A stretch of DNA of 62,816 bases, the filler included, from Lenisia limosa (Eukaryota; Protista; Breviatea), in NCBI GenBank assembly GCA_001655205.1. It is 14 parts of 14 records of this genome, joined end to end, with 100 filler letters (N's around TTAATTAATTAA, not from the genome) between each part and the next. Parts side by side here need not be neighbours in the genome. Positions count along the whole stretch, not along the records: positions 1 to 3,830 come from LPNZ01001817.1; positions 3,931 to 14,490 come from LPNZ01000930.1; 12 more parts are not named here. The stretch is one strand, 5' to 3'. Each line of letters begins with the position of its first letter. The stretch's first letter is position 1. The position numbers and the translations under genes were made by a program. The notes under the pieces were generated by a model that made no database searches, was not told where the DNA came from, and saw only the letters and a program-made list of their open reading frames with translations. Of the stretch, positions 1-13,700 are shown in pieces.

Positions 1-40
1 TTCTTAAGATCCCACCACAACATTCCCCCTTACATCTCAG

Positions 41-3000
41 TCCAGACCTGTGCTGATCTTCACTCGTTATCCTCCCGTACGGCTACAGTAACATTTAACC
101 TCACGCGTCTCAACGAACTTACTACAGAGTCTGATGGGACTGCTAGTATCCAAGTAAGCTGGGGAGGCAATCTCTTATAATCGTGATTGTGTGGGCGGCT
201 TCGGTCAGATACAATCTTTTTTTACTTCTCATCTCTATATGCAATATTGTGTTGACCAAATTTGTATTCATTTATATATAATTTTAAATCATATTTCCTT
301 TTAATTTAGTAGGAATGTCTGAAAGTAGTCATATATACATGTTTATGGAGGGGGTTTGGGTAGGGTAGGTTGGGTCCTAAAAATGTATGTAGTAATAACT
401 GTACAATACAATACCACACCGTCCATATAATTACATATGTCTGTTTTTTAAAATAATTCTACTTTTGTATTTTATTCAAACGTTTGCCTCTTTATTCACT
501 TTCTTTGTACGAAATTGTCCCGAGAGTGATAATATGACTGATAACATCGTTTTTGAAAAAATATAAGAAGAATGATAAGTTTAAAATCCAATAACGTTCA
601 CTTTCTTGATAGCTACATTTTGTATCATTTCAACTATTTAACCTAAACCACACTCAAACAACAGCTACAATCAAACATAACAAATTATATTGTTAGATTT
701 TAATCACCCCCCCCCCTCACTAACTCCCAAGGTGCGCAAATACCACGGGAAATTCACTTCATATCCTGTTTCCCAAGTCGACATCACGTCCGGATTCATG
801 TCTATTTCGCCACCTCGATTCATGGGGGTGGAGGGATTTTTCAGAGTAGGGGGAGGGGGGAGTAAAACGAAGGAAATTTCGATGAAGAATATTGGAGCAA
901 AGGGACCAAGTTATTAGGGGGGGGGGGGTCAGAAAATGTGTGTGNNNNNNNNNNNNNNNNNNNNNNNNNNNNNNNNNNNNNNNNNNNNNNNNNNNNNNNG
1001 TATTTTTTGGTTTGTTGGTGTTGGGGGGTTTTTTCAGTGAGAGATTGGGGTGATAAACGAATCAAACTGATATGAGATGTGGGGGTTATGGAGTTTTTTT
1101 CCTTTTATTATTCTCACAAAAATTCTTCTCCCTTCCAGACCTGTGTTGGTTCCTCTTGCTGTGAAGTCCAATCGTTTAGGTTCCAACAGGTGTCTTCAGC
1201 TCTGGTTGGTCATAGTTAATTGTATTTGCATTTGTGACTTCGGGAGAATCTGCTTTGACCAACGGAAATACATAAATACTATGTACTATCTATATCATGG
1301 CGTAATATTAGTAATCTGTGATTTACACGCAGTGATATGTTGATCCCTATCTAGCTTGTCATTTTTAACTCGAAATTCAGCTGGTATATGATCATACCAC
1401 TAGTGGATGGATAGGATATGGACCAACATATGCATTATAATATTATTCATATCTATTATTCTTATCTATGAAACCTCATATCCACTCGGATGATATTTGA
1501 ATCGAAAGTCGGTCATATGACCAGCACCAGTGGATATGGGTCATCAAATAGTATACAGTATTATATGATATATACATATGTTATGTCATATTTGAACTCT
1601 TAGTCCTTCGTTGACACATTAATAGTCCAAGGAGCAATTAGAATTGAATAGGGCTTCACTTCGGTTCAAACAAAGACGGAATATGTCGATAAATCCTCCA
1701 AAACTATCGATATACTATTACCTGTCTTTTTCCAACCGAGCGAAACCCTTATTTTGTCACTAACAGGTTACATCGAACGGAGGTTACTCCGCATTCCCCT
1801 CCATGTCTCTTGGCACTCATGTTAGTTTCGAGGTTGGTGTGGTACTCAGATCACTTTATGGATTTTTTTTTAAAAAAAAAGAATAATTTTCACACGTGAG
1901 AGCTGTCATTTTCCATGCAGTGATATGATGTAATTGGTGTTTTTGACGGGGGAGGGAGGGGGGTCAGGAGTGATGTTGGGGTGAAGTTGGCAATCTGTGA
2001 TGTACTGGGTGATTAATTGGCAAATGTGAGCTTTTCTATCGAAAGCCTCATTCGTCCCTGTTAGCATCGTTAAATAATCTATTTATAAATTCATTCCGCC
2101 AAATCCACTCGTGGCATGATCCTCCATCCCGCAGCTTTCACAAATCCATCCATTTCTTTATTATTTTTAACATACTCAACTTTCCCTGAATTGTGGTTAA
2201 CTATACCGCAGACTTGGCTAAAACCAGTCGAGTTGACTAACAGCGGCATAATGGGTACTGGCCAGTCTACTTCTGCATACTCCCGTCCCTTTATTCTGGC
2301 ATACTATGTAAGTAAAGGTGGTCAGTTATTTACTTTGTTCTATCAATATAGTTTCAATGTACTCAGGATAAAGGGTGGCAACTATGAATATGGGGAGAAA
2401 GCTGTGTGCTCAGAGTTGCGTAAATTAATGGTATTATATCATAGTATATCATATATATACTAGAATCCAATATTTCTTGTAAGCTTGATCTGTGGACGGT
2501 TTCGGTCATAGTATCTACTAGTAGTATGTATAATAATACATATCATACCATATTACTACCTATTTTTATTTCTCATCTCTACATCCTTCTCACTGTAGTG
2601 GTTTGGATGGATGTATTTACACATAATATAAGTCTGACTGGCCTTTCACATGTAATATCATTTCGATTAGAAAGGGGTCTGATATGAGCTGTAGATATGG
2701 ACCTCATGATATTTTATACATATAATTTGGCATTATTCATTCTGTTTTCACTTCAACTAGAGTGACGAAATCTACGTGTGGATTGAAGGTAGCCAAAACG
2801 CTTGTGGTACTCCAGCAGGTTGGCGGCGTACACACCACACCACAGCACATCGACTAGGAATACACATCGACTAGGAATACCACACCACAGCACATCGACC
2901 TGGAATACCACACCACAGCACATCGACCAGGAATACCACACCACAGCACATCGACTAGGAATTCTTATGAAATAGTTGGGATGTCCATTATTATGGGATA

Positions 3001-3426
3001 TCATCATAGTATGCAATGTTTATAAGAAATTGACGGTATTCCCAAATACGACGAAGGAATCCCAAGTATATATCCTGCAGTGTAATGCGATGTCTTTAAG
3101 TTATCGCGGTCAGTGTACCACATTAAAGAAGTAGGAATTTTTGAATACCATATCCACTACATACCGCATGAGATACTCGGAAATGTTTTGTCATACTGGA
3201 TTAAGGAGAAAACTTTTTTTTTTCTACCAGAAAAATTGATTTTCTAGACTTTCAGTTTGTTAAAATATAATGAGTGTATTTTTTTATATTATTTTTCCAA
3301 ACTTTTTTATAAATTCCTATTTTTATTGTGCTTGTAGAAGCGACTTGATTGTGAAACGTTCCTTCATGCTGGTTAACACAAGTTACTCAAATTTACCCCC
3401 CCCCCCCTCAGTGGACAAAGATTCAC
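41..3426 (+). CDS. Multi-exon protein with a LamG/concanavalin-like segment; partial at both ends
   Basis: Phase-compatible GT-AG exons at 41-153, 732-826, ~1139-1207, ~1769-1834, ~2211-2306 and ~2761-2818 give QTCADLHSLSSRTATVTFNLTRLNELTTESDGTASIQ|VRKYHGKFTSYPVSQVDITSGFMSISPPRFMG|TCVGSSCCEVQSFRFQQVSSAL|VTSNGGYSAFPSMSLGTHVSFE|TWLKPVELTNSGIMGTGQSTSAYSRPFILAYY|SDEIYVWIEGSQNACGTPA. The 'SFETWLKP...FILAYY...IYVWI' pattern resembles Laminin_G_3-type jellyrolls; the domain call is tentative. Confidence 0.6.
2829..2963. repeat. Intronic minisatellite, ~28-nt unit
   Basis: About 5 copies of CACACCACAGCACATCGAC(T/C)(A/T)GGAATAC immediately after an exon donor. Confidence 0.9.
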
Positions 3427-4099
3427 NNNNNNNNNNNNNNNNNNNNNNNNNNNNNNNNNNNNNNNNNNNNNNNNNNNNNNNNNNNNNNNNNNNNNNNNNN
3501 NNNNNNNNNNNNNNNNNNNNNNNNNTGCTCCCACAGCCTCTAAGTTATATGTCAATGGAGTGTTGGTGGTGGGAGGGGAATTATTGGTAAATGATTGGGT
3601 GAATTAATAATACGTTCTACTCCATGTTATAAACGTGATCGTGTGGACGTGATGGTGGTGGTGGGGGCATTAATATTATTAATACAGTACTATTCCACTA
3701 TGTTGAACTATGGTTGTATGCAATTTTCAGGTAGGAGTTGATTCTCTGGAGGTTTATTTTTGTGTTTTCTTCATAAATCTGCAGAAGCAACTGTCTTGGG
3801 CTTTGTTTGTTTGTTGTTTTCAACCCTTGTNNNNNNNNNNNNNNNNNNNNNNNNNNNNNNNNNNNNNNNNNNNNTTAATTAATTAANNNNNNNNNNNNNN
3901 NNNNNNNNNNNNNNNNNNNNNNNNNNNNNNATTATTATTATTATAATATAGTATGTGGAGAGTGAGATATTGAAATGGAACCAAAATGAAAAGGTGAATG
4001 AACGAATCTACTTGGAGCAAGTTACACTAGTGTGCTTTGTTGGGTTCCTTCGGGTGTAACAACTTTTTTGTTCAAAAAAAAATGCGCTTTACCATTTAG

Positions 4100-4713
4100 A
4101 TGACGGCGGAGGTGGAGAAATGGGCCGAATCTCGGGCTGCATTAGCCGAGGCGTTGGAGGAAGAACGACGACGAGTGGCGATGGCGGACCAAGAAAACGT
4201 GCGGCTTCAAGCCAAAGTCAATGAAATGATGGCGGTCATTGTGGAGGCGGCTGAGCAAGAGATAAAAGAGGCGGAGGTAGGCTGAGGAAGATGGATAGAC
4301 TGTCACATTGTTACATTTATTATATTCACACGAAGCGTTGTGAGCTCAAAGACACTAGACAAAAGTGAGGAACTATCGTAATTAAGCTCTGTTTACAGGG
4401 GAGTAGTGTAATACTAAGTATAGGGGGGATTCCATGCTGCAGAGTTGTATGCAAATGTTTGGGATAATAACTAGTAGTCAATCTCATACCTGATAAGTGT
4501 GATGGTTGGGACGATACAAACATGCATTTTTTATTTCTCATCTCTCTATAAAAATAGGGGATTACGCTTTACACTCTAAACAATACCAACTATCAAAGAT
4601 TCCATTTTACACTTTAGCAAAAGGAGGCTTTGCGTCTAGAGGTTGAGACACTGAAGGCCTGCCTTCAGCTTGATCAGCCTGAAGAGGCTCCCTCAACCTC
4701 AAGCGAGCTTTAG
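4100..4713 (+). CDS. Coiled-coil protein, last two exons (5' part lost in gap)
   Basis: Exon 4100-4277 (MTAEVEKWAESRAALAEALEEERRRVAMADQENVRLQAKVNEMMAVIVEAAEQEIKEAE) splices in frame to ~4618-4713 (QKEALRLEVETLKACLQLDQPEEAPSTSSEL*). It may or may not belong to the gene upstream of the 3831-3930 gap. Confidence 0.65.
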
Positions 4714-5109
4714 GTTATTTAATGTAGTTTCAGAAATCTGTGCGAAATATTTGTGCAGTTGTATGTGAGGGTTTGTTTTGTATGTGAGCATTTATACTTT
4801 CCCATCGAGGAGCCAAGGCGCCTTGTCGAGGAGGATCCTCATTGGTTTATTTCATGTTTGCTGAGTGTTTGTGGTGCAGGGATTATGACAAGTATATTGT
4901 ATTGCCCTGGTATTACCCAAGTATTGCAGAAGTATTGCCGCAAAACCGCAATAGTGCTGTTTAATTTTTGCGTAAAGTTGGCGTAAAGCCAGTTTAAACA
5001 TGTGAAAGATGTGAATCAGAACACATTACTTGATTACTTTTGATTACCCTATAACAAAAAAAAATTGCAAAAAAAACTGATTTTTGCGGGCTCTTCTGCT
5101 ATAATCAAG

Positions 5110-6539
5110 ATGTCTGACAACGAAGAATTTGAAAATACCCCTGGTTACGAAGTGAGTTGTAAAATCCCAGATCTGGAAAATAACTCATGTCTCAGGCCCC
5201 CGAGAAGGTTTCCAAGGATGAACTTATGCAGGATCATGAAGGTGATGATGAGCACCTCAAGAAGTGGAAGGAGAAGCTCCTCAACAAGGGTGAAGTTAAC
5301 AGTAAGCGCCCTCTTCTGCCCTTCTTTTTGGGGAATAGTAGTACATTGGTATAAAAATTATTATTCAAGCATATTTACTTTGGGCTCTTATAATTGGCTC
5401 CAGCTGACGACCCTCGCAATGTTGTTATCGAGTCCATGTCTGTTCTCCCTGAGGGCCGTGACGCCATGGTTTATGCGTTGGATACTGATGTAAGTAGGTT
5501 GATCTGGTTAAATGGGTAGTTTTAAAGCTCATACCCATTCTTCCAGAGGAAATATGGGAAAGATAATATTCCTGTTGAAATATCATACATATAGGTTTAT
5601 TATTATTATATCTTGGTGGTTTAATTTTTTTTTTTTTTTTTTTTTACATTTGTAGGAGAAGTGTGCAGAATTCGCAAAGCAGGTAGTCACCATTAAGGAA
5701 GGCACCAATTACTGCGTAGGGATGGGAAAGAAAGAAAGGGTACATGGGTGAAAGGGTGACAGAGTACATAGGTGATACGGCTCCTTTTTCATCAATCTGA
5801 GCGAGCTAACTCCTTCCTATTCAATAAAATTGAGATATCTTTGTTTTGGTTAGAGCTTCGCAAACCCAAAAAACGCTTGGAATTAACAATTCTTTTATCT
5901 TGGAAATATCGTTTTTTTTTATTACCGATCCAGCTTGAGGTTAAGTTCCGTGTTCAACACGAAATTGTTATGGGCTTGAAATACTGCCATGTTGTTAAGC
6001 GCAAGGGTGTTAAGGTGAGTCAAACAAATGGTTTTGATAATTCTCCAATTGAATTGCAGGGCTTGACTGATGTTGTAGGTTGACAAGATGCAACAGATGC
6101 TTGGATGCTACGGCCCCCAGCCCGAGCCTTACGTCTACAAGTTCCCTCAGGAGACTGCCCCCTCTGGTAATGAGGCCATCGATTTTCATCCAAAACGCGT
6201 TCACCTGACTCAGTAAATCTTAACAAAATACCCACGCAGTACAAAAGCTTAGTTTTACACATTAGGTCTTCTTGGTCGCGGACATTACACCTGCAAGTCC
6301 CAATTCCTTGATGACGACAAAAATTCTCACTGTAAGCCAAACTGATATTAAATTATTACATGTTGTGCATGATCGTGAAGGGTCAAAAGCGGTGAGTGCT
6401 GCTACCCCCTTTGTTTTATTATGATGTGTTTATTTTTCCTGGTTCATGAACCGACCTTTCCTTAACTTTGTTCACGGATTTTTACAACATAGTGGAGTGG
6501 GACTGGGCTCTCGACATCAAGAAGGACTGGGTTAACTAG
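5110..6539 (+). CDS. ARHGDI: Rho GDP-dissociation inhibitor (RhoGDI)
   Basis: 8 exons (5110-5151, 5196-5301, 5404-5489, 5656-5715, 5934-6014, 6079-6166, 6266-6331, 6493-6539) join to a 191-aa ORF with RhoGDI hallmarks: D..DEHLKKWKEKLL, DDPRNVVI, TIKEG, KFRVQHEIVMGLKY, KGVKVDK, MLGCYGP, GLLGRGHY, FLDDDKN, LEWDWALDIKKDW. Confidence 0.95.
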
Positions 6540-6708
6540 TGGTTTTAGGTTCTTTCTGTCTTTTCTTCTTTTTCTAATATATAGTAGCTTCTTTCCTGCG
6601 TACCTGTACTTTATTGCACAGCTGAAGGGTACTTTTAAAAAAGTCAAAGTCCAAAATTTCTCACAAGAAGGATAGAGAAGAAGAATGAATCACATAGATT
6701 AAGTTAAG

Positions 6709-7147
6709 TTACTCAGGAACACCAGTGAGGAGAGAGTTTAAGATGGTGACAACGCCTGTTTGATTAAAAAGGATAATACTATTAAAATAGGGGGGTGGAA
6801 GGCAACGTGCAGTTGAGAAGGCAAAGATTGAAGCAAAGGATGATGAATAGATGGCCCACAGTACAATTCCACCCCACTTACTTGATCCGATAACAACGAA
6901 GAAGAAGAAATAGATGACCCAGGCAGGGAGTCGAGGCTTGGGATCATTGCTCTTAACAGGAGCAGGAGAGCCGCGTCTGTCCTTCTCAAACTTCTCCTTG
7001 CTGACGCGCATTCTGTGTGAGGCAGCTCCACTCTGTAAATTGGTGAGAAAAAATAATTCCCAAAATAGTGTCAAAAGATTTTCTAATTTTAGGTGCTCTG
7101 TTTATTTTATTAGGTGTATTGAAGCTGAATACAACGATACTCACCAT
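6709..7147 (-). CDS. SERP1: SERP1/RAMP4-like small ER membrane protein
   Basis: Exons 7147-7145 (ATG only), 7032-6882 and 6755-6709 give MSGAASHRMRVSKEKFEKDRRGSPAPVKSNDPKPRLPAWVIYFFFFVVIGSSVVTILNSLLTGVPE*. Basic N-terminus plus C-terminal TM segment 'W..FF.FVV.GS' is typical of RAMP4/Ysy6. Confidence 0.75.
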
Positions 7148-7642
7148 TGTTACTTCGTTATTTGGGATAAATTTTGAATTTCGAAATTTTGTTAAATACT
7201 ATATTCCGCCACCGTAAATTGTTTCTTCCTATACTTACTTTTCAGTGCGGAGCCGGAGGATTATAAAGGAGAAGAGACTTTTTAACCTTTTTGCAACTGT
7301 AGATTTAGAAGCTATTATAAAACTAAGTTCATAAATATAGTTAATTCATCTATTGGGGAAAGCTAAAAGCAAATAGTGTATTCAGTGCCATGAAGCCAGG
7401 TTTGATCTTACCATTCTGTCACCTTTTCTCATTCTTATCTAGAATATAAGGTTTTCACAAGAGAGGAGGTATGAATTTGATGAATATTGGTGCATTGTGA
7501 TGATGAATTTTTGTGTCCAGGCGCACTGGTTGGAAATCCAATTAGGCATTTCCACATTCCTCAATAAATACCGCTTCTGCCTTTTCCCAGCAAAGAATAC
7601 TTAGGAAATATATTTTCTTTAATTTTTAATTAGTTTTATCAG

Positions 7643-10619
7643 ATTTCTTCCACATGGACCTTTCTTGTGAAAGATGTTTGCTATTTATTATTGCAACCTT
7701 ATTGTTTATTTCTCATTGCTGTATTTATTATTGCAGGTAGCTGAGCACAGTGAAGTTGATGATGCTTGGGTCATTCATGAAGGAAAGGTATAAATACGCT
7801 CTGAACCCATATTGAACCCTATTTTTGTATCAAGAGATGATATTTGCTTGACGATGATTCTTTGTGTCTGTGACAGTTTCCAGGTCTATGATGTGACAAC
7901 CTTCTTAGACGTGCACCCTGGGAGTGATGACACGATTGTCCACTATTTGGGAAAAGGTATGATATTAAATTCTTTTGTATTCCCTAATCATTTAGACATT
8001 ACAGAAGTCTTCAAAGACCCCCGTTCGCACGAGCATTCTAAGAGTTCGTATAAGCTTTTCCCAAGATTTGAGGTGAGCCTGAACTATCCTAAACATGTCC
8101 ACATTCCCTTCTCATTATATATCATATGCATGCATAATTCATACAGTGACCCTGGGAAGTCTTGACTGATTTTCCATGTGAATTATACGGCAAATCGGCC
8201 AAGACTTACTCGTTTACATTCCCATTGTATACATGCATAATATACATTCTCATTCTCAACATACCAATATTACGTCTCCAACAAATTTATAAGCATTCTA
8301 ATACCTCAGGTTGGTGTTATTGGGTCAAAGACCGCTGAGGAGGTGGAAAGGTTCTTTGGCAATGAGAAACATGCAGTTGCTGCCTCACATACTCTTCTTG
8401 GATCCCCCGAGGAGATCAACGATACTATTGACTGGGAAAAGGGGTAAGCAACTTCGGGTTTGTCTTATACACCAAGGTATACTAACAATAGTTCCATATC
8501 ATATGATATCTTCTTATTAAAGGAAGCGAACGGCCACTCATCCCAAAAACAATAATAAGATACTTTATTATTCTTTTCCGAAATTACCTCGTTTAGAGTA
8601 GTGTGGCAAGTTGGCGAAATGGGCAAGGACTACGAACCATGGGTGCACATTCCGCAAGTAAGATACTCTGACCATTTATTGGTGCTTTAATTCCTTAGAG
8701 TGATATATTATGTCGTATTAATGTAATATTGGAATACCCAAAAACTGATACCCAAGAGGATGGAAGAGTCAGTGAGGATGTTTGACAGCGACTTAATGGA
8801 GGCATTCACTAAAACAAAGTGGTACATTGTTCCAATTGGTATGTTTGGTTGGAAAGATAGTTTGGTCCTTGGTTTTAAAAACCACGGTTTTGGTCAGATT
8901 CACCTTTTATCCCATTTCCAGAAATGACCTTTAGTATCTGGTATCATAGTATGATATGAAAGACAATGTGTAAATATTTTGCTTTTGATAGGATATGTAT
9001 GTGCTATCATGTAATGTATATATGATATATATCTATATATCTATATATATATATATATATCATATATATATATAATAGGTATATGATATACTATATGTAT
9101 GCTGGGGAGGCACGCAGAAAGCTGGGTACTCAGAGTTGTAAGGCGAAAGATTGGGTGAATTAATATTATACTATAATCTAACATCTCTTATAAGCTTCAT
9201 GGTATGGACGACTTCAGCCAGATAAAACCGTGTTTTATTTCTATCTCTACAGTCTCTACATAGTGTATCTGTTACTCAACCTGTTGTCACAGTGTAGTTT
9301 GGCTCCCAGTGGTTACCCTGGGATACTATTACAGCTACAGTATCTACCATTTCTCGATTTTGAGCATGCTGCTTTTCACGATGATGGGTTTGGGGGGTGG
9401 GGTAACTGGGGCTTTCCTATGGTCCTAAAAAGGACTGAATATCTCGATAAATAATAGATAAATATCTATATTTTACCGGTCCTTTTCGGACCGTAGGGAA
9501 GCCCTAGGGGTAACATTCTTTAGGTTGCTCTTATTCCAAAGTTGTTGCTTACTGCTTTCAGGATTTGTCCTTTGGGCCCACATCGAGTATTGCCTGCATC
9601 GCTTCGTCTTCCACGCCATCACAGAAAGGAAATGGAGCAACACGGTGGGTCACAACCGATTGATGTCTTTACTGCCTAGATCCACTTTATGCTCCACGGT
9701 GTCCACCATTTCAATCCCCAAGACGAACTTCGCCTTGTTCTTCCACCATTAATGGCAGTGAGCATCCACAGAAATATTTTATCTCACGGATGTAGTTCTT
9801 CCTGGCGTTGCCATTCTTCCTTGTTCTCAAGTATACCATGCCATTTGAATTCTGCATTCTTCTGTCTACTGGAACGCTGTTGGGATATACCATTTACGAC
9901 TGTACCCATTACGGCCTTCACCATGGTATTAGGGGTATAATCTGGACCATGCTACAAGGATTATGCGGTCCGAAAATGACCAGTAAAATATCGAGAAGTT
10001 CAGTCTTTTTCCCCTCAAGATATAATCTGGCCCATGCAACCAGCGATATACTCTGGACCATAGTATAAGGGATATAATCTGGACCATATTACAGAATTTG
10101 TGTAATGTTGACCTTTTAAAATGCTTTGTGTAATCTTGACCCTATAAAATGTTTAATATACTCTGAACCTTGTGGGCAATGGTGAGAGGAGTATCGTCCC
10201 AATGGTAAGGAATATGGTACCATAGAAAAAGGAATACTACGGCTGTAAAAGGCACTACTTAAGTAATGTCCTTTTACTCCGCGGACAATAAAACATTTTC
10301 CTCGGGTTGTTCGCAGGCTTTGTCTACGCGGTTCAAAAGGGCATGAAGTATTCTACCTGTGTCACTTAGTATCTTTTGGTGGTGTGGACGGCTGGCCAGA
10401 CCTTGTTTTATTTCCCCTCTACATATTTTCTTAAAATGACATCGTTTACACTGCAGCCCCACAGTGGCTGCCATATCTTCGGAGACTCAAGACCCACCAT
10501 CTCCACCACCATTACTCTACCCCTTATTCCAAGATGGGTATTACCAACATGGTAAGTCCAATTTCCGAAGGGTGGTTCTCATTTCATAGATTCTGGATCA
10601 TTTCTATGGTACTTTATAG
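7643..10619 (+). CDS. FA2H: Fatty acid 2-hydroxylase (cytochrome b5 domain + FA hydroxylase; Scs7-like); exact start unresolved
   Basis: Cyt-b5 exons VAEHSEVDDAWVIHEGK|VYDVTTFLDVHPGSDD..|DITEVFKDPRSHEHSKSSY; FA2H-specific VVWQVGEMGKDYEPWVH and VRMFDSDLMEAFTKTKWYIVPI; His boxes EYCLHRFVFH, HFMLHGVHH, YDCTHYGLHH, KTHHLHHHY; last exon ILDHFYGTL* (10590-10619). Confidence 0.93.
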
Positions 10620-10731
10620 GTAAGTATTACTTGAGTTTTAGTAACTAGATTTTGTTTTCTCCTAGCTTGTTTCCCCTTTTTGTCCATTTATTAGTTCCTT
10701 GCAAAACGTCGGAACGTGTATTGAAGTCTTT

Positions 10732-13700
10732 CTAATAAAGCCTGCGAATATCGACAACTTCGAAAGGCTGCTTAGTAACGGGGCAACATCCCTTTCGTCG
10801 AAGGTGCTGAATAATTAAAGAGTATCCTTGAGATATTATTGTAGTATCATCAATCATTCCAAATGAGAGAAAAAAGGTAGCATCTGGCCGAAAACGTCCA
10901 CATTATCACGTTGATCAAAGATATTGGAATATAGAAATGAGTCTAAGGAAGAAGTTGTTTACCACACATGTTAGTCAGTTTTATACCCCAATTGACCATG
11001 TTGAATACCAATTGACCTACCATAACCATGCATTGATAACATGATGAGAATCCTGAAGGAAGACAAGCTGGGTTGGTCCGAATCTATATCAGTTAAACAA
11101 AGCGAGGCGGCTGTTGTAAGTAAGCGTCTCAATGAATCACGTTGAAGATTTCTTCGCCCTATTAAATAGGTAACATACATGACATGCATTTTTATATCGT
11201 AGATATGAGAAAAAAAAACAAGGTTGTATCTGGCCACTATCTCTACACGTGCAACTGTCGTCACCAACCTGTCCACAGAGAATGCACATTGTTGGGTCGG
11301 GGCTAGGTATCACTGATCCTTTTGCAACCTAAAAATATTCTCACTAAATCAGAAAAAGGAGTCATGCTATTTCAGAAGGGAAGGGAAATATTACTTACGA
11401 TGCTGGTAGTATAGCATATATTATAGAAGGTAATACAATCATAATCAGATACAGTATCTTCAATAGATCATATATGATATGATATATACTATGGAAATAA
11501 AACAAGGTTGTATCTGGCCGAAGCCGTCCACTCCATCACGATTATAAGAGATATTGGATTAAAAATATTAATTCACCCAATCATATGCCTTACAACTCTG
11601 TGCAGACAGCTTTCCGCGTGCCTCCCCCCAGCATACAGATATATTATATCATACTATTATTAATAGTGCAGAGAAGAGCCAAGCCAACCTTTGGAACAAT
11701 TGGTGGACATGGGACAACGGATCGTCTAAACTGCTCTTTCGCTACTCCATACCACCATTCAATGAACTAAGCAGTTGATATGTATTGGCCAATTTATCGT
11801 CGTTTTCCCTTTCATTGGCTTAATTTGATACTGGAAAAAAAAGAATTGAGATTTTTGCATTTTACTCGGTTTTTTTGAACTATCAGGAGGAGTTCTGGTA
11901 TTCTGATATTCTGTTTGTCTTATTAAAACTTGTCTTCATAATCACTGAAAATCAACCTAACAAACCCGACCCTACCAACCTTATACCCATATATAGCCGC
12001 TGGAAGTGCAATAGACACAATTTGAAGAGACGAGCCCGATTTCGCAGTATCTCCTACATCATGCCGTCCAAGAGTCTTCATAGTAAAAGTATATACATGT
12101 ATATGAGAGAAAAAAAGGTTGTATCCATCCATACCATCACGCTTATAAGAGATATTGGATTACAGTATAACAGTAGTTCACCCAATCATTTGCCTTACAA
12201 CTCTGTGCACACAGCTTTCTGCGTCATATGGCATATCCTAGAATATCTTATGTATAATATTATAGAAAGAATATAAATAAACAAGGTTGTATCTGTCCAA
12301 GTTATAGTCGAAATGATCAGGTCGAAGCCTTCACCATGTTCAAAAGGGACATTGATTTTGGTACAACATAATAAATTCTCAAGTTTCACTTACCATTCCT
12401 CACAGCAAGCCCCTCACAATTCCAAGAGTCTTAAAAGCCAAGCCAGGGTATGGTTGCTGTCCAAGACCGTATCGAAGCTCAAGGACAAAGTCCCAAAGCG
12501 TGTACCCTGACGCTGCGAGTCTGAGCGACTTACGGAGCCACCACATTCCGTTTCGATCCATCAGAAGCCGAAGGGACGTTTTTATGTACTGTGACACCGC
12601 ATCAAACGAAGCAGCAAGTCTCTCATGGATGTCTTGCTGCCTTCTACCTGTGAAGTCTGCAGCCAGCGATGATACATGTTCCAGGGCAAATTGCGATGCT
12701 GCGTTTCTAGCCACATTAAGAAGCCTTGTAGAAGTGAGCAGTTCAAAAAAGTAAAGCCATTAGCGTAAAAAATTTACCCATACGATAAGATTCTCACACT
12801 GCACAATTCTCTCAGTCATGTACAAAACAAACCTTGTAGCTCTGCTTTCTGTTTGAAGGGGTATGGGGTTTTCATGGTCTGAAAATTCTTCACCTTGAAA
12901 CATTAAGGGGGTTTCATTCAAATATTAAAAAAAGCCAGAGAAAGCACATAATCCCCCCACAAAAAAAAAGACTTAACTATTCATTTAGAAATGCGTTAAC
13001 ATTCATATATTCATATGATACAAATATCACACTTTTTCGTTGTCTTTCTGCTGCCAGTGCTTTTCGGTCAAGCATATCAAGCCAATTGTCACACTTCACT
13101 TTCAAGTAAGGAAGTAGGGACTGCGGTGGTAAATGGGAATGAAACAAAACCTTAGCACATATGAAAGGTTAACTGAAGTAAGCAAAGCACACATAAGTGA
13201 GGGATCAGAAAGAATAAGGCGATTGGTTTCATATTTTTATACAACACATATGAAATGGGAACTTTTCAAGATGCTCTCATACAAGTGCGATAATACAGAA
13301 GAGTCGCATTTTTGGAGACAAAGATTCTAAATGATGAGGGAAATCTTGGGCTTCGGTTTGGCTCAAGATAATTGTGATTCATAAATAAATAAACAATGAT
13401 AAATGATTTACTTGGCACTTCTCTAATTCAATATAGGTTGTCTATGTAAGGACAAACCTGTTTTGCCCTTAAATGGATGAGGCCTTTTACTTGAATACCG
13501 TTCATGACTTTCAGGTTGCTCTAAGTGTGGTGATAAATAATATAATACTATGAGACTGTCATCGATTGATGAACGAAGATAACACGAGGGTTCATCCCGA
13601 GTGTATCAGAGTATCATTGAGACTTGTCGGTCAAATATTGAGGTATCATATCACTGCGTGGAAAATGATAGTTCACACGTGTGAAAATGATCCAAAAAAT

